From positions 1 through 64,000 of the forward strand of contig CAXULY010000003.1 of assembly GCA_964252075.1 (NCBI GenBank): a DNA stretch of 64,000 nt, read 5' to 3'. Both the position numbers and the translations under genes were made by a program. This stretch comes from an uncultured Deinococcaceae bacterium (lineage in GTDB: Bacteria > Deinococcota > Deinococci > Deinococcales > Deinococcaceae). This document shows positions 1 to 11,100 of the stretch, one piece after another; position 1 is the stretch's first letter, and every line of letters begins with the position of its first letter. The notes under the pieces were generated by a model. The model was given only the letters and a program-made list of their open reading frames with translations. It was not told where the DNA came from and ran no database searches.

Positions 1-1011
1 CTTGCTGGCGTCGCCGTAGTACGCGCGGACGTAGATGCCCGTGGTGCCCTCGAAGTAACTGTTCTCGACGCGCAGATTGATGTTCTCCTCGGCGTTCACG
101 GCCCGGCCGGAGGTCCTGCCGGCGACGTTGGGGTTCAGGGCGTAACCGTGGACGTTGCGGACGGTGAGGCGGTTGCGGAAGCCGCTGATGAGGTTGCCGC
201 GGCTGCGGATGTTGCTGTTCTCGATGATGACGGGCTCGCTCGTCTGGATCAGGACGGCGGCGTGGTTGCCGGTGTTCTCCCAGTTGCCGGAGTACGTGCC
301 GCCCTTGGTGATGGTGATGGGCCCGCTGTACGTGACCGGCGCCGAGGGGCTGGACGACGTCACGGTGCAGTCGCGCAGGATCGGGCTGGCCCAGTCGGCG
401 TGGTCGTAATCAATGCCGTCACCGGCGTCCGTCACCACCAGCTTCAGTTCCTTCTTGCCGGACACGTCCACGTTCACGTTCTTCGCGCCGTCCGTTCCGC
501 GCAGGGTGCCGGAGTCGTACAGCTTCTCGCCGTCCGCGAACACCTGGAACACCACGCTGCCACGGCCGCCCACCTCGTCGTCCACACCCACCGAGGCGGT
601 GAAGGTCGAGCACTGCCCGTTCAGCGCGTAAGTCACGCTGGAGTCGGAGTGCACGCCCAGGCCCTTCGCGAAGGACTGGCCCTTGATGCTGAGCGTCTCG
701 CCGTCCTTGCTGCCCTTGTCGCCGTTGCTCTCGTCGCGCTCGATGGGGCCGTACCCGCTCGTGGCGGACGTCCAGTTCTCGTAGCTGAGGGTGTTGTCAC
801 CGTCGCCGATGGCGAGCGGCCGGATGGCGGCGGTGGCGCTGCCGTCGTCGCTCCAGCGGGTGTCGGAGCCGTCGTACACGTAGGCGTGCGCAGCACTCTG
901 GGGGGCGGGCGCGGTTCCGCAGGCCGCCAGGCCGAAGGTCAGGGCCAGCAGGCCAGCGGCGAGGGTGGTGCGGCGGTGGGCGCGGGCGGACAGAGGGGCG
1001 GTGTGCGACAT
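1..1011 (-). CDS. NPCBM/NEW2-domain lipoprotein with C-terminal beta-helix-like domain (partial, runs off left edge)
   Basis: Not in ORF track because there is no stop in the window. ATG at 1011 with AGGAG RBS (1016-1020). My translation shows lipobox TFGLAAC, NPCBM motifs KGLGVH / [10 protein letters not shown] / YDHADWA, then [17 protein letters not shown]...[14 protein letters not shown]. Confidence 0.85.
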   Translation of the reverse strand, partial: MSHTAPLSARAHRRTTLAAGLLALTFGLAACGTAPAPQSAAHAYVYDGSDTRWSDDGSATAAIRPLAIGDGDNTLSYENWTSATSGYGPIERDESNGDKGSKDGETLSIKGQSFAKGLGVHSDSSVTYALNGQCSTFTASVGVDDEVGGRGSVVFQVFADGEKLYDSGTLRGTDGAKNVNVDVSGKKELKLVVTDAGDGIDYDHADWASPILRDCTVTSSSPSAPVTYSGPITITKGGTYSGNWENTGNHAAVLIQTSEPVIIENSNIRSRGNLISGFRNRLTVRNVHGYALNPNVAGRTSGRAVNAEENINLRVENSYFEGTTGIYVRAYYGDASK

Positions 1012-1526
1012 GAGACTCCTGAAGGGGGAGGAAAGTGACGGAGAGGAAGTGTCTGGCGTTGTTCGCCGATGAACTCGGATGGTGGTCGTGAAGGGGCCCT
1101 CGACGGCACGCAAACCCTGTGCCAGCCGATGTTTTTAGGAACTGGAAGGGGCGTTTGCCGCCTGACTTCCAGTGCTCGGTTACCTTAACGACCGTTCATG
1201 AAAGAGTGATGTTAAAAGGTTGATAAAGGTGCCATGGCTTTCCTACAAACGTCACATTTTAAGGCTGAGCTCAACGGCGTGAGGAAACGCTCCAGGGTGT
1301 CCCACCGCGCATTGGCGTTGCTGTAACGCCGCCCTGCCCATACTCGCCGTGAACCTGACCGGAGCGCCATGGCGTACGGAGGGTTCACCGGCAGACGCCA
1401 CCGAGCCCACCTGCGCACACGCCGCACGGACCTCCGGCTTCCCATAAGCCCACCCAGGCGCCGTCCGGCACGAAAAGAAAGGCAAGGGATCAGCATGACC
1501 ATGACTCACCCTTCGGTGATCGCGCG

Positions 1527-2591
1527 ATGAAAGCCGTCATTCCTGCCGCTGGTTTCGGCACGCGGCTCCGCCCGCTCACCTACGCCCGGCCCAAGCCGGT
1601 GCTGCCCATCGCCAACCGGCCCATCATCTGCCACGCCGTCCAGACGCTCGCCGCTGCGGGCATCGAGGACATCGCGGTGGTGGTCTCCAGCGTCACGCGC
1701 AAGGCCATCGAGGCGGCGCTGGTCGACATGGAGGGCGTGCGCATCGAGTACATCCTGCAGCCCGAGATGCTCGGACTGGGCAACGCCGTGTCCGTGGCGC
1801 GCGACTGGATCGGCGACAGCGACTTCTGCGTGTACCTGGGCGACAACATCTTCGAGCACGGGGTGAGCAGCTACCTGGAGGAATTCAAGGCGAGCGGCGC
1901 GGACGCCGTCATCGCCCTGGTGGAGGTCGAGGACCCCTCGTCCTTCGGCGTGGCGATCGTGGATGAGACGGGCCGCATCACGGGCCTCGTCGAGAAACCC
2001 AAGGTGCCGCCCTCGAACCTCGCGGTGGCCGGCGTGTACTGCTTCAAACCCGCGATTCTGGACGTGCTGGAGCACCTGCCGCCCAGCGCGCGCGGCGAGT
2101 ACGAGATCACGGACGCCATCCAGCAGTTCATCACGGACGGCGCCAAGGTGCAGGGCCAGCGCGTCGCGGGCTGGTGGAAGGACACCGGCCGCCCGCTGGA
2201 CCTCATCGAAACCAACCGCCTGCTGCTGGAGCGCCTGGAAGGCTGCGTGCTGGGCGACGTGACGCGCTCGCGCCTCACGGGCCGCGTGCTGGTCGCGCCG
2301 GGCGCCGTGGTGCGCAACAGCATCATCATGGGGCCCGTGAGCATCGCGGCAGGCGCCGTCATCGAGAACGCGTACCTGGGGCCCTTCACGAGCGTCGGGC
2401 GCGGCAGCGTGATCCGCAACGCCGAGGTGGAGTACAGCGTCATCGACGAGGAAGCGGAGATCTGCGACGTGGGCGTGCGCCTGCAGGAGTGCCTGATCGG
2501 ACTGCGCGCGCGCGTGGTCGGGCACGGCGGCATCCCCAAAGTGCACCGCTTCACCCTCTCGGACACCAGTGTCCTTGAGCTTGGCTGCTAG
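1527..2591 (+). CDS. rmlA: Glucose-1-phosphate thymidylyltransferase, long form
   Basis: [35 protein letters not shown] and WWKDTG motifs; C-terminal hexapeptide-repeat region. Confidence 0.85.
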   Translation: MKAVIPAAGFGTRLRPLTYARPKPVLPIANRPIICHAVQTLAAAGIEDIAVVVSSVTRKAIEAALVDMEGVRIEYILQPEMLGLGNAVSVARDWIGDSDFCVYLGDNIFEHGVSSYLEEFKASGADAVIALVEVEDPSSFGVAIVDETGRITGLVEKPKVPPSNLAVAGVYCFKPAILDVLEHLPPSARGEYEITDAIQQFITDGAKVQGQRVAGWWKDTGRPLDLIETNRLLLERLEGCVLGDVTRSRLTGRVLVAPGAVVRNSIIMGPVSIAAGAVIENAYLGPFTSVGRGSVIRNAEVEYSVIDEEAEICDVGVRLQECLIGLRARVVGHGGIPKVHRFTLSDTSVLELGC

Positions 2592-2599
2592 GAGCCCCC

Positions 2600-4099
2600 G
2601 TGAGGAATGAGACGCCACCCATGCCGACAGACGATTTCCGCACCCATGACCAGGAGTTGAGCCGCGTCGCCGCGCCACTGAAGCGCCACGCGTTGGCGAT
2701 CCTGCTGACCGCCGCCGTGGCGGGCGTGGGCAGTTACGCCCTCACGTCGCGCACCGCGCCGGAGTACGAGGCGGCCAGCAGCGTCATCACGGTGGACGCG
2801 CAGGGCGCGCCGCTGGACGGCGCGCCGCTGGAAGCCCCAAGCTTCCCGTCCGGCGCGCTCGCCCGCGCCCTGCACAGCGATCAGGTCATGCAGGACATCA
2901 CGCGGGAACTCACGGCGGCGGGCCTGCCCGCCAGCACCGTGCAGGCGCTCTCCCAGCAGCTGCAGGGCGAGGCCGCGAGCGGTGGGGCGTCCCTGGTGAG
3001 CGTGAGCATGCCGGACGGTGACCGTTCGGCGCTGTACGAGATCCGCGCGCACACCACGTCGCCCGTGTGGGCGCGGGACGTCGCGAACGCCGCGACCGCC
3101 GCGCTGCTGCGCTGGGACGAGGCGCGCGCGCACCGCCGCATCGTGGAGGCGCGCGAGAGCCTGCAGGCGCAACTCGCGGCGCTGGCGGGCAGCACAGCGG
3201 CCGGGACGGCCCTCACGCGCGCGCAGTTGCAGCAGTCCGTGGCGCGCCTGAGCGCCCTGGAGTCCGTGCCGTCGGGCTCGCTGGAGGTCGTGGCGGAAGC
3301 GCACGAACCTGCCGGTCCGGTGGCGCCCAGGCCGCTGCGCAGCGCGCTGCTGGCGGCGCTACTGGGGCTCTTCGCGGCGGGCGGCGTCGCGCTACTGCTG
3401 GAAGCCTGGCGTCGGCGCGTGCACGACGAGGACAGCCTGCGGGGCCTCCCGGTGCCGCTGCTGGGGCACCTCCCTCAGCGCGGGCCGAACGCCTCCGCGC
3501 GCGACCTGCTGCAGGCGGGCAGTGACCGCGCGAACCTGCTGCGCGTGAACCTGCTGTCGCGTCTCCCTGCCGCCGGGCCCCGCCGCCTGGTGCTGACCGG
3601 CGTGCGTCAGGACGCCAGCGCGGGCGACGTCGTGATGGCGCTCGCCGCGAGCTTCGCGGCGACCGGGCAGCGCGTGCTGGTGGTGGACGCGGCGGGCGCG
3701 CCCGCCACCTGGACCGACCCGGCGCAGGGCCCGCGCCCGGAGCCCTCGGAGTTTTCCGAGGGGGTGGACCTGCTGCGCGCGCCCGCCGCGTCCCTCATGG
3801 CGGCCCTGGACCGCCTGGGCAGCACCTACGAGGCCGTGCTGATTCACGCGCCGCCCATGCTGCAGCGCTCGGACGCGGCGGCGCTGGCCCTGCACGCCGA
3901 GGGCCTGGTGCTGGTCGTGAATCAGGGCAGCACGGGCCTGCGGGAAGTGGAGCGCGCCCTGGACCTCGCGCACACCGCGCAGTTGCCGGTGATCGGGCTG
4001 GTGCTCAGTGACCTGCGCCTGCCCGCGCAGGCGCCCCACTCGCCCAACCGCCGCGCCCTGATGGACGGCGCGGGCGCGCCCTCCTCTCCCGGCGCCTGA
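2600..4099 (+). CDS. Wzz/Wzc-like polysaccharide co-polymerase with degenerate BY-kinase-like C-terminal domain
   Basis: N-terminal TM followed by PEYEA, coiled periplasmic region, PxxPxxPRP plus second TM, then a CapB-like fold (GQRVLVVDA, YEAVLIHAPP, DAAAL, GLVL). Start may be ATG 2621. Confidence 0.8.
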   Translation: MRNETPPMPTDDFRTHDQELSRVAAPLKRHALAILLTAAVAGVGSYALTSRTAPEYEAASSVITVDAQGAPLDGAPLEAPSFPSGALARALHSDQVMQDITRELTAAGLPASTVQALSQQLQGEAASGGASLVSVSMPDGDRSALYEIRAHTTSPVWARDVANAATAALLRWDEARAHRRIVEARESLQAQLAALAGSTAAGTALTRAQLQQSVARLSALESVPSGSLEVVAEAHEPAGPVAPRPLRSALLAALLGLFAAGGVALLLEAWRRRVHDEDSLRGLPVPLLGHLPQRGPNASARDLLQAGSDRANLLRVNLLSRLPAAGPRRLVLTGVRQDASAGDVVMALAASFAATGQRVLVVDAAGAPATWTDPAQGPRPEPSEFSEGVDLLRAPAASLMAALDRLGSTYEAVLIHAPPMLQRSDAAALALHAEGLVLVVNQGSTGLREVERALDLAHTAQLPVIGLVLSDLRLPAQAPHSPNRRALMDGAGAPSSPGA

Positions 4100-4107
4100 C
4101 GCCCCAC

Positions 4108-4149
4108 AAGGAGGAAGGGAGGGCCGTGACGGCCCTCCCTTCCTCCTTT
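4108..4149. terminator. Long hairpin, probable bidirectional terminator between convergent genes
   Basis: aaggaggaagggagggccgt-g-acggccctcccttcctcctt: 20-bp perfect inverted repeat between the stops at 4099 (+) and 4173 (-). Confidence 0.8.
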
Positions 4150-4172
4150 GATGGGGCCTGCGCCCCTGGTCC

Positions 4173-6656
4173 TCACATCACGGTGGTGCGCGTCTTGCGG
4201 AGCGCGGGTTCCGCCGCCTCAATGGGCGTCATGGTGAGCCCCGGGGCGGGCGTGGACTCCGGCCAGTCGGTGCTGGCCTGCGGCACCGCGAGGAGTTCCT
4301 GGCCGCCCCACGAGAGCGAGGCGAGCGTCAGGGCCACGTCCACGGCCCGCACGCCGATCTCCAGCCGCCCGGCCGCCCGCTCTGCGTCGCTGAGGCGGAA
4401 GCGGTGCTCCAGCCACTGCCCCACCATCACGTCGCCGTGCACGCGGTGACACAGGCCGTCCTCCTGGTAGTCGGCGGCCTGGCTGGGCACGAAGACGTGC
4501 GCGACGTCTGTGCCGAGCGCGCTCAGGCGCAGCGGGAAGGGCGCGCGGGTGGGCCCGAACTCGCTGCCGCCCTTGAACACGTCCAGGCGCCACACCAGGC
4601 GCAGTTCGTCTCCCGCCACGAAGGCGGGCGGCAGGTCAATGTGCAGGCGCAGCGTGTAGGGCGGCCCGTAGCGGTTGGTGCTCAGCACGCTCAGCCAGCC
4701 CTCGTGCAGGCGCAGCACGTACCCCTGGCGCATGCTCGGCCCGAAGCTCACGCCCTGCGGCCGTCGGGCGGGGTCGTCGTGGCGGATGGTCACGTCGTAC
4801 GCGCTGGTGCTGGCGGGCGCGCACGGCTGCGGGCACTGCGCCTGGTACGCTTCGCGCAAGCGCTCCGCCTCGGCGGGCAGCCCGGCGCGCTCGGCGTAGT
4901 ACATGGCGAGGCCCGGTTCGCTGACGGACAGCGCCTGCATCAGGCGCTGGCGCACCTCCTGGCGCACGAGCTGCGGCAGCTGACTGGCGAGCGCGATGCG
5001 CAGGCGCTCGTCCGCGAACAGGTACTGCGGCTCGACCGCCACGACCGGCGCGACCGCCTCGAAGTCCGGGAGGCGCAGCGGCACTTCCGGCTCGGCCTCC
5101 ATCAGCAGGTGGCGCTTCAGGGCCTCGTACAGGTGCGCGCGCGTCGCTTCACCCAGCACCGCCTCCGCCAGCCGCTGGTCGAAGCGGCCGTTGATGACGC
5201 TCAGCCGGCTCAGCGCCTCCGCGAAGTCGGCGGGCCAGCGGTCCATCTCGCCGCTGTACGCGGTGCGCGCCACGCGCGACACCTGCGGGCGGTCCAAGGT
5301 GCTGAGGCTTGACGCCTGCGCCAGCAGGCTCAGCAGCTGCGCGGGGTTTCCCTCGCTGAGCTGCAGCAGCCGCGCGGTGAACACGTGCGCCGCCTGCCGC
5401 GACTCGAAGGCCAGCTGGGTTTCCAGCGCCGCCTGCACGCTGTCGTGCGTGAGCGGCATGAGCTCCAGGGTGTGCAGGCCGTCCACGTGCAGCAGCGCGC
5501 GCGTGAGGGGCGCGTGCGTGGCGCGCTCGCGGCTGAGGAGCAGCACCAGGCGGGCGCGCTGCGCGGGCAGCTGCAGCAGGAACTCCAGCAGCGGCGTGAG
5601 TTCGACGGTCGCGTGGTGCGCGTGGTCGATGATCAGCAGGACGGGCCGCTGCACGTTGCACAGCGCCACCCCGACCTTCACCATGTCCTCCTCGAGGCCG
5701 CCGGGGTGCAGCAGCACGCGGCGCAGGCTGTCGTCGCTGCTGTCCCCTTCCGCCAGGAGCGCCTGCGCGAGGGTCGCCAGCACGAAGCGGCAGGAGCGCG
5801 CGCTGGACACGCGGATGGTGAGGCCCGTCAGGTGCTGCGCCGCCTGCTCCGCGAGGTCACTCTTGCCGACGCCCGACGGGCCGCTCAGGACCAGCAGCTG
5901 GGGCGCGTGCGCGGCCTGTTCCAGCACGCCCTGCAGCACCCGTTCCTCGTGGGGGCGCGCGAAGCGCAGCAGGTGCACGGGCGTGGCGGTCAGTGGGGCG
6001 CTCGTGCCGAGCGTGGCGGGCGTCAGCTCGGCGGGCGGGGTCTCCTCGGGGGGCAGCGGCATGCTGGGCGCCGCAGCGGGCGCGAGCGCGGGGAGCGGCA
6101 CGGCGGCGCTGGTGGCGCCCTCCGGCAGGTCGCAACCCAGGCGCTCGGCGCGCGCGGCGATGAGGCGCGCGGCCCACGCGCGGCCCGCCTGGGTGTGCTG
6201 CGCGTGCGCCTGAATCAGGATGCGCTCAATCTGCTCACTCATCATCCAGCGCTGGTGCTCCACCCATTCCTGAAAGGCCGCGCCGCCCAGGTCCTCCAGA
6301 CCGCTGAGGGGCAGGCCGCGCACGGTTGCGAGCCAGGCGGACAGGTCCGCCCAGCTCATGTCGTCGTGCTGCTGCGCCTGCCACACGTCGAAGTCGGTGG
6401 TGACGTTTTCCAGGTACAGGAACTGGTGGCTCAGGGGGAAGATGTCGAGGCCCGCCGAGCGGATGCGCGCGAGTTCGACGCGCAGGTTCTTGCGCGCTTC
6501 CGGCGTCTGCCACAGCAGGTCCGCGAGGCGCTCACGGTGCTGCGGGAGCTTCTCCAGCGTGAGGTACGCGATCAGCGCCACGGACTTGGCCGACAAGACG
6601 ATTGGTGCGCCGTTCAGGGTGACGTGAGCGTGGCCCATCAGGTGAAGGTGAATCAC
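4173..6656 (-). CDS. SARP/BTAD-type transcriptional regulator with AAA/P-loop domain
   Basis: N-terminal 'ALIAYL...RERLADLLW..PEARKNLRVELARIR' and 'FQEWVEHQR'; Walker A GPSGVGKS, Walker B LLIIDHAH, SEGNP motif. Confidence 0.8.
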   Translation of the reverse strand: MIHLHLMGHAHVTLNGAPIVLSAKSVALIAYLTLEKLPQHRERLADLLWQTPEARKNLRVELARIRSAGLDIFPLSHQFLYLENVTTDFDVWQAQQHDDMSWADLSAWLATVRGLPLSGLEDLGGAAFQEWVEHQRWMMSEQIERILIQAHAQHTQAGRAWAARLIAARAERLGCDLPEGATSAAVPLPALAPAAAPSMPLPPEETPPAELTPATLGTSAPLTATPVHLLRFARPHEERVLQGVLEQAAHAPQLLVLSGPSGVGKSDLAEQAAQHLTGLTIRVSSARSCRFVLATLAQALLAEGDSSDDSLRRVLLHPGGLEEDMVKVGVALCNVQRPVLLIIDHAHHATVELTPLLEFLLQLPAQRARLVLLLSRERATHAPLTRALLHVDGLHTLELMPLTHDSVQAALETQLAFESRQAAHVFTARLLQLSEGNPAQLLSLLAQASSLSTLDRPQVSRVARTAYSGEMDRWPADFAEALSRLSVINGRFDQRLAEAVLGEATRAHLYEALKRHLLMEAEPEVPLRLPDFEAVAPVVAVEPQYLFADERLRIALASQLPQLVRQEVRQRLMQALSVSEPGLAMYYAERAGLPAEAERLREAYQAQCPQPCAPASTSAYDVTIRHDDPARRPQGVSFGPSMRQGYVLRLHEGWLSVLSTNRYGPPYTLRLHIDLPPAFVAGDELRLVWRLDVFKGGSEFGPTRAPFPLRLSALGTDVAHVFVPSQAADYQEDGLCHRVHGDVMVGQWLEHRFRLSDAERAAGRLEIGVRAVDVALTLASLSWGGQELLAVPQASTDWPESTPAPGLTMTPIEAAEPALRKTRTTVM

Positions 6657-7128
6657 ACGGCTCCTCTTTCAGCACGGGGTCAGGAGGGCCAGCGTGGACG
6701 CCTCTTGACGCGCGGTGGGTAAACAGTATTAAAATTGGTTAAAGCCCTGACCATGGTTCTGCCGTCTTCTTGGCGTGGCGTGCGGCCTGCGTTGAACGGC
6801 GTGGGTGAGGTCGGGCGTGAAGTCAGCGGAGCGGGTGCGTCACAGGTTGTCGCTCGGCGCACGAACAGGCCATGCTGGTGCCAAAGAACGAGCAAAGCGC
6901 CGCGGTTGCCCTCGACGCTTCAGGTTGGACACTGTGCACAGGTCCTCCTTCATACAGGAGCGGAACTGAAGATCAGCTGAACTTCAGTCCTTCCTCATTA
7001 GTATTCATTGTCCTCATGGGTGCCGTGTGTGACTTTGGGTAAGGAATGTCAGATTTGAGCCTATCCGCCCTGAAAATACGGTGAAAAAGTCTTCATGAAT
7101 GATGCACTATGGATCAGCTTCGGGCGAG

Positions 7129-8100
7129 TCAAGGCACCGGCCAGAAACGCACGATGCGGTCCCGGCCGCCGCTGGACGCCAGCCAGTGGCCGTCCGGTGT
7201 AAAGGCCACGCCACTCACACCGCTGGTGTGCCCCTCCAGGCGCTGCAGCACCTGCCCATCCTCCACCGACCAGCGCAGCACCGCGCGGTCCTCGCCGCCC
7301 GACGCGAGTTCCTCGCCGTCCGGGGCGAAGGCCACGGCCGTGACGGGCGCCTCATGGCCCCTGAGCGTCCGCAGCGCCTCCCCGGTCGAGGCACGCCACA
7401 GGCGCAAGGTGGTGTCCCAGCTGGCGGTCACCAGCAGCGCGCCGTCCGGGCTGAAGGCCAGGGCCGAGACATAATCGGTGTGCCCGCGCAGCAGGGCCAC
7501 CGGGCGGCGGTCCGCGACGCGCCACAAGCGCGCCATCTTGTCGCGGCTGGCGCTCGCCAGGGTCAGGCCGTCCGGACTGAACGCCACCGCCGTCACGACG
7601 TCCGTGTGGCCGCGCAGGGTCGCCACGAGCCGCCCACGCTGCAGGTCCCACAGCCGCACGCTGTTCCCGTCGCCGGACAGGAAGGTGTTGTCGCCGCCGC
7701 CCGTGGCGAGCAGGCGCCCGTCCGGACTGAACGCCACGGACGTGGCGTACGGCGTCTTGAGGTTGAAGGTGAAGCGCAGACGCCCGTCCGCGACGCGCCA
7801 CACGCGCGCGCGACCGTCCGCGGCGGCCGTGGCGAGCAGCGTGCCGTCCCGGCTGAAGGCCAGCGCGTTCACGGCGGCGGGGTGCCCCAGCGCGCGCACC
7901 ACCGTGCGGTCGGCGCGGCGCCACAGGGTCGCCGCGCCCTCCGCGCCGGCGGTCGCGAGCAGCGCGCCGTCCGGGCTGAAGGCGAGCGCCGTGACGGACG
8001 CGGCGCTCGCCCGCAGGGGCGCGGGCGCCACCGCCGGTGCGGCGAGCGGGCCGGGCAGCAGGGCGGTCAGCAGCAGGCAGGCGGGCAGGAAACGGCGCAT
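7129..8100 (-). CDS. Secreted WD40-repeat beta-propeller protein
   Basis: Signal peptide MRRFLPACLLLTALL; about 7 repeats of GHxxxVxxVAFSPDGxxLAxxxxDxxxRLW. Confidence 0.9.
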   Translation of the reverse strand: MRRFLPACLLLTALLPGPLAAPAVAPAPLRASAASVTALAFSPDGALLATAGAEGAATLWRRADRTVVRALGHPAAVNALAFSRDGTLLATAAADGRARVWRVADGRLRFTFNLKTPYATSVAFSPDGRLLATGGGDNTFLSGDGNSVRLWDLQRGRLVATLRGHTDVVTAVAFSPDGLTLASASRDKMARLWRVADRRPVALLRGHTDYVSALAFSPDGALLVTASWDTTLRLWRASTGEALRTLRGHEAPVTAVAFAPDGEELASGGEDRAVLRWSVEDGQVLQRLEGHTSGVSGVAFTPDGHWLASSGGRDRIVRFWPVP

Positions 8101-8129
8101 CGGTGAGGCTCCTTTTGCAGAAACACGAA

Positions 8130-8156
8130 ACGGACTCCGCGTGAGGCGGAGTCCGT
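8130..8156 (-). terminator. Hairpin after the large NPCBM lipoprotein gene
   Basis: acggactccgc-gtgag-gcggagtccgt, 11-bp stem, followed on the minus strand by ttcgtgtttc. Confidence 0.65.
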
Positions 8157-8166
8157 CCGGGAGGCG

Positions 8167-11100
8167 TTACTTCAGGCGCACCAGGGTGATGGTGCCCGAG
8201 CCGGTCTGCTCGTCCAGCTGCGCCACGTACAGCTGGCCGTTGGTGCGGTTCTCCGTGAGGTCCAGCGGGCTGGGGTTGAAGTTCGTGAGGCCCGTGACGT
8301 ACGTCTGCGCCGCCACGATGTCACCGTTCGGGCCGCCGGGCGTCAGCACGATGATGTCGCGGCCCGCGCTGTAGCGCACCACCAGCAGCTTGTTGCGCAG
8401 CGCGGAGGTGGGGGCGCTGGTGTACTCCTCGATCACGCCGTTCGCGGAGGCGTGCTCGCCGAAGTCGTAGGAGAAGCCGCGCCAGTTGCGGTCGGGCTGC
8501 GTGCCCACCGGGTACGCGGAGATCTCGCTGGGGTCCGCGCCGGTCGTGGGGTTCCCGCCGTTCATGGCCCACTCGCAGCGCGCGGGGTTGGGGTGGCCGT
8601 AGTAGCCGCCCGCCGTGACGCGGTACAGGAAGTCATGCTCGACCGCCACGTTGTTCAGGGCGGGCACGACGGGGCCGCTGTACGCGCCGTCAATGCGCTT
8701 GTTGCAGGCGGCGGGCAGGGTGGCGGGCGTGCCGGGCGTGTTGCCGCCCGCCGCGGAGCCGTTCGTGGGCACGTACAGCTGACCGTTGGTGTGCCACACC
8801 ATGTCGTAGGCGTTGCGGATGCCGCTCGCGTAGATCGTGACGGGCGCGCCGGGCGCGAAGGGATCGTACAGGCCGCCGTCGGACGTCTTGACGCTCAGGG
8901 GCGGCGAGGTGATCTTGCTGAGGTCCACGCGCAGCAGCGCGGCGTTCAGGGTGTGCTCGGGGCGGTTGCCCCAGGCGGTGTCGGGCGCGCCCATGGCGGT
9001 GTTCGAGCCCTGCAGCACGTACAGCACATTCGGTTCGGTGTTGTGGAACGCCACGGAGTTCGTCTGGTGGTCGCGGATGGAGCGCGGCAGGTCCACGATG
9101 TAGTCCTGCACGGTCTCCAGGTTCGGGCCGCTCAGGCGCGTGATCTTGCCGCTCCAGTCGGGCGCGGTCGTGGTGCCGTCCCAGAAGGCGTCGTTGCTGA
9201 TCCACATGATGAGGTTGTCGGCGGTGGAGGCCGGGTCGAACTTCATGCCGACCACCGTGCGCGGGCCGCCGTTCGCGGTCTGCACCGACGTGATGACCTG
9301 CGGGGCGTCGAGCGTGCCGTCCGGCTCCATCGCGAAGCGCAGGATCTCACCGGTGAGCGTGGAGGCGTACAGCTTCTGGTCCGGACCGATCTCGACGCTG
9401 GTGTACGGGTAGCTGGGTACGTTCGGCTGCGGGACCTGCTCGAAGGCCGGGCCGCCCTGATCCACGGGGCTGGGGCCCGTCACGAAGCTCACGCGCCACG
9501 GCAGGAAGGGCTTGCCGCTGGTGTCCCTGAGGTTCTCCGTGACCTCGAAGATGTACTTGGTGTACGCCTGCAGCGGCGCGGTGGGTTTCAGCACGATGGC
9601 GTCGCCGCCACCCGAGGTGTTCAGCGTGGCGTCCACAGGGATGCTGGTGCCCGCGTCGAGGAGCCGCACGGCGCTGGACGTCATGCTGTCCAGGTCAATG
9701 GCGCTGGTGGGCAGGTTCACGTCCAGCGTGAAGGAGTTGGTGGTGGGCACCAGGGTCTCGTTGTCGCTGGGGTTGTTGCCGCGCACCGAGGGCCGGTCGC
9801 CCGGCTGAATGATCACGTAATCGATCTTGGTGTTCGTGCCGCCGCGCGCGTCCACCGTGAGGCGGCCGTCAACGACGTTCACGCGCAGGGTGCTTGACGC
9901 GAACTTGCGTTTCGCGACCGGCACGAAGTTCGAGATGGCGGGCTGCCCCTCCAGGTTGATGCTGTGGCTGCTGTCGTACGAGTTGCTGGCGTCACCCACG
10001 CCGACCGTCACGGTGTACACGCCGTTCGGCAGGGCGTACTCCCAGGCGGCGGGCACGCGCACGGCGGTGGTGTTCGAGACGCTGTCCGGGAACTGCATGT
10101 GGATGAAGGTGTTCAGGCGCTGATCGAGGCCCGTCACGGCGCGGTCGCGGGCGTTCGGGGAGACGTCGAGCGGCACGCTGGTGCCGGTGCCGACGCTGTC
10201 GTCGCGCACCCAGCCGTAGCCGCGGGTGTCGGTGTACGCGGCGCCCGTGTCGCGGGTGTAGCCGCCCTGCGTGAGCGCGCCCGTCGGCTGGAAGTCGATG
10301 CGCAGGCCCTCGGTGGGGATGTTCAGGGGCGCGCTCACGGTGACGGCGGCGCTGCCCGACTTGCTGGTGTCGAAGGTGGAGGTGGCGGTGATGCTGACCT
10401 GGCCGGGCGCGACGGCCGTCACCATGCCGGTGCTGCTCACGGTCGCGACGCTGGCGTTGCTGGTCGTCCACGCGACGGTCGGGGTGTAGGCGCCCTGGCC
10501 CTGCACGTCCGCCGTGAACTGCTGCGTGCCGTTCACGGTCATGTTCGCGGTGGCGGGGTTCACGGTCACGGACGTGACGGTCGGCTGGATGGTGGAGCAG
10601 GTGATCTTCGCGCTGCCCCAGTCGGCGTGGTCGAACTGCAGGCCGTCGCCGCCGTCCGTCACGACGAGCTTCAGCTGGTTCTTGCCCGCCACGCTCACGC
10701 TCACGGACCGCGCGGTGTCCGCGCCAGTCACGACGCCCGAGTCGTACAGCAGGGCGTCGTCCGCGAAGACCTGGAAGCCCACCGAGCCGTGCGTGCTGCC
10801 CACCTCGTCGTCCACGCCGACTTCGGCGCTGAAGGTCGAGCAGTTGCCGCCCAGGTTGTACACCAGCTGGGACGCCGCGTGCGTGCCCAGGCCGCGCTGG
10901 TACGTGACGCCGCCGATGGTGAGGATCTTGCCGTCCCCGGCGACCTTCTCGCCGTTGCTCTTGTCGAGCTCGTAGGGGCCGTAGCCGTTCGTGGCGGACA
11001 CGGGCGTGAGGGTGCTCAGGAACTTGTCGCCGGACGGCTGGCTGGCGGCGCACGTGACGCGCGCGTTCGCCCAGTCGGCGTGGTCGTTCTGCAGGCCGTT

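Noticed and set aside
148..1038. 296-aa plus-strand ORF
   Set aside because: Antisense shadow of the minus-strand NPCBM lipoprotein gene, which has an RBS, lipobox and recognisable motifs.
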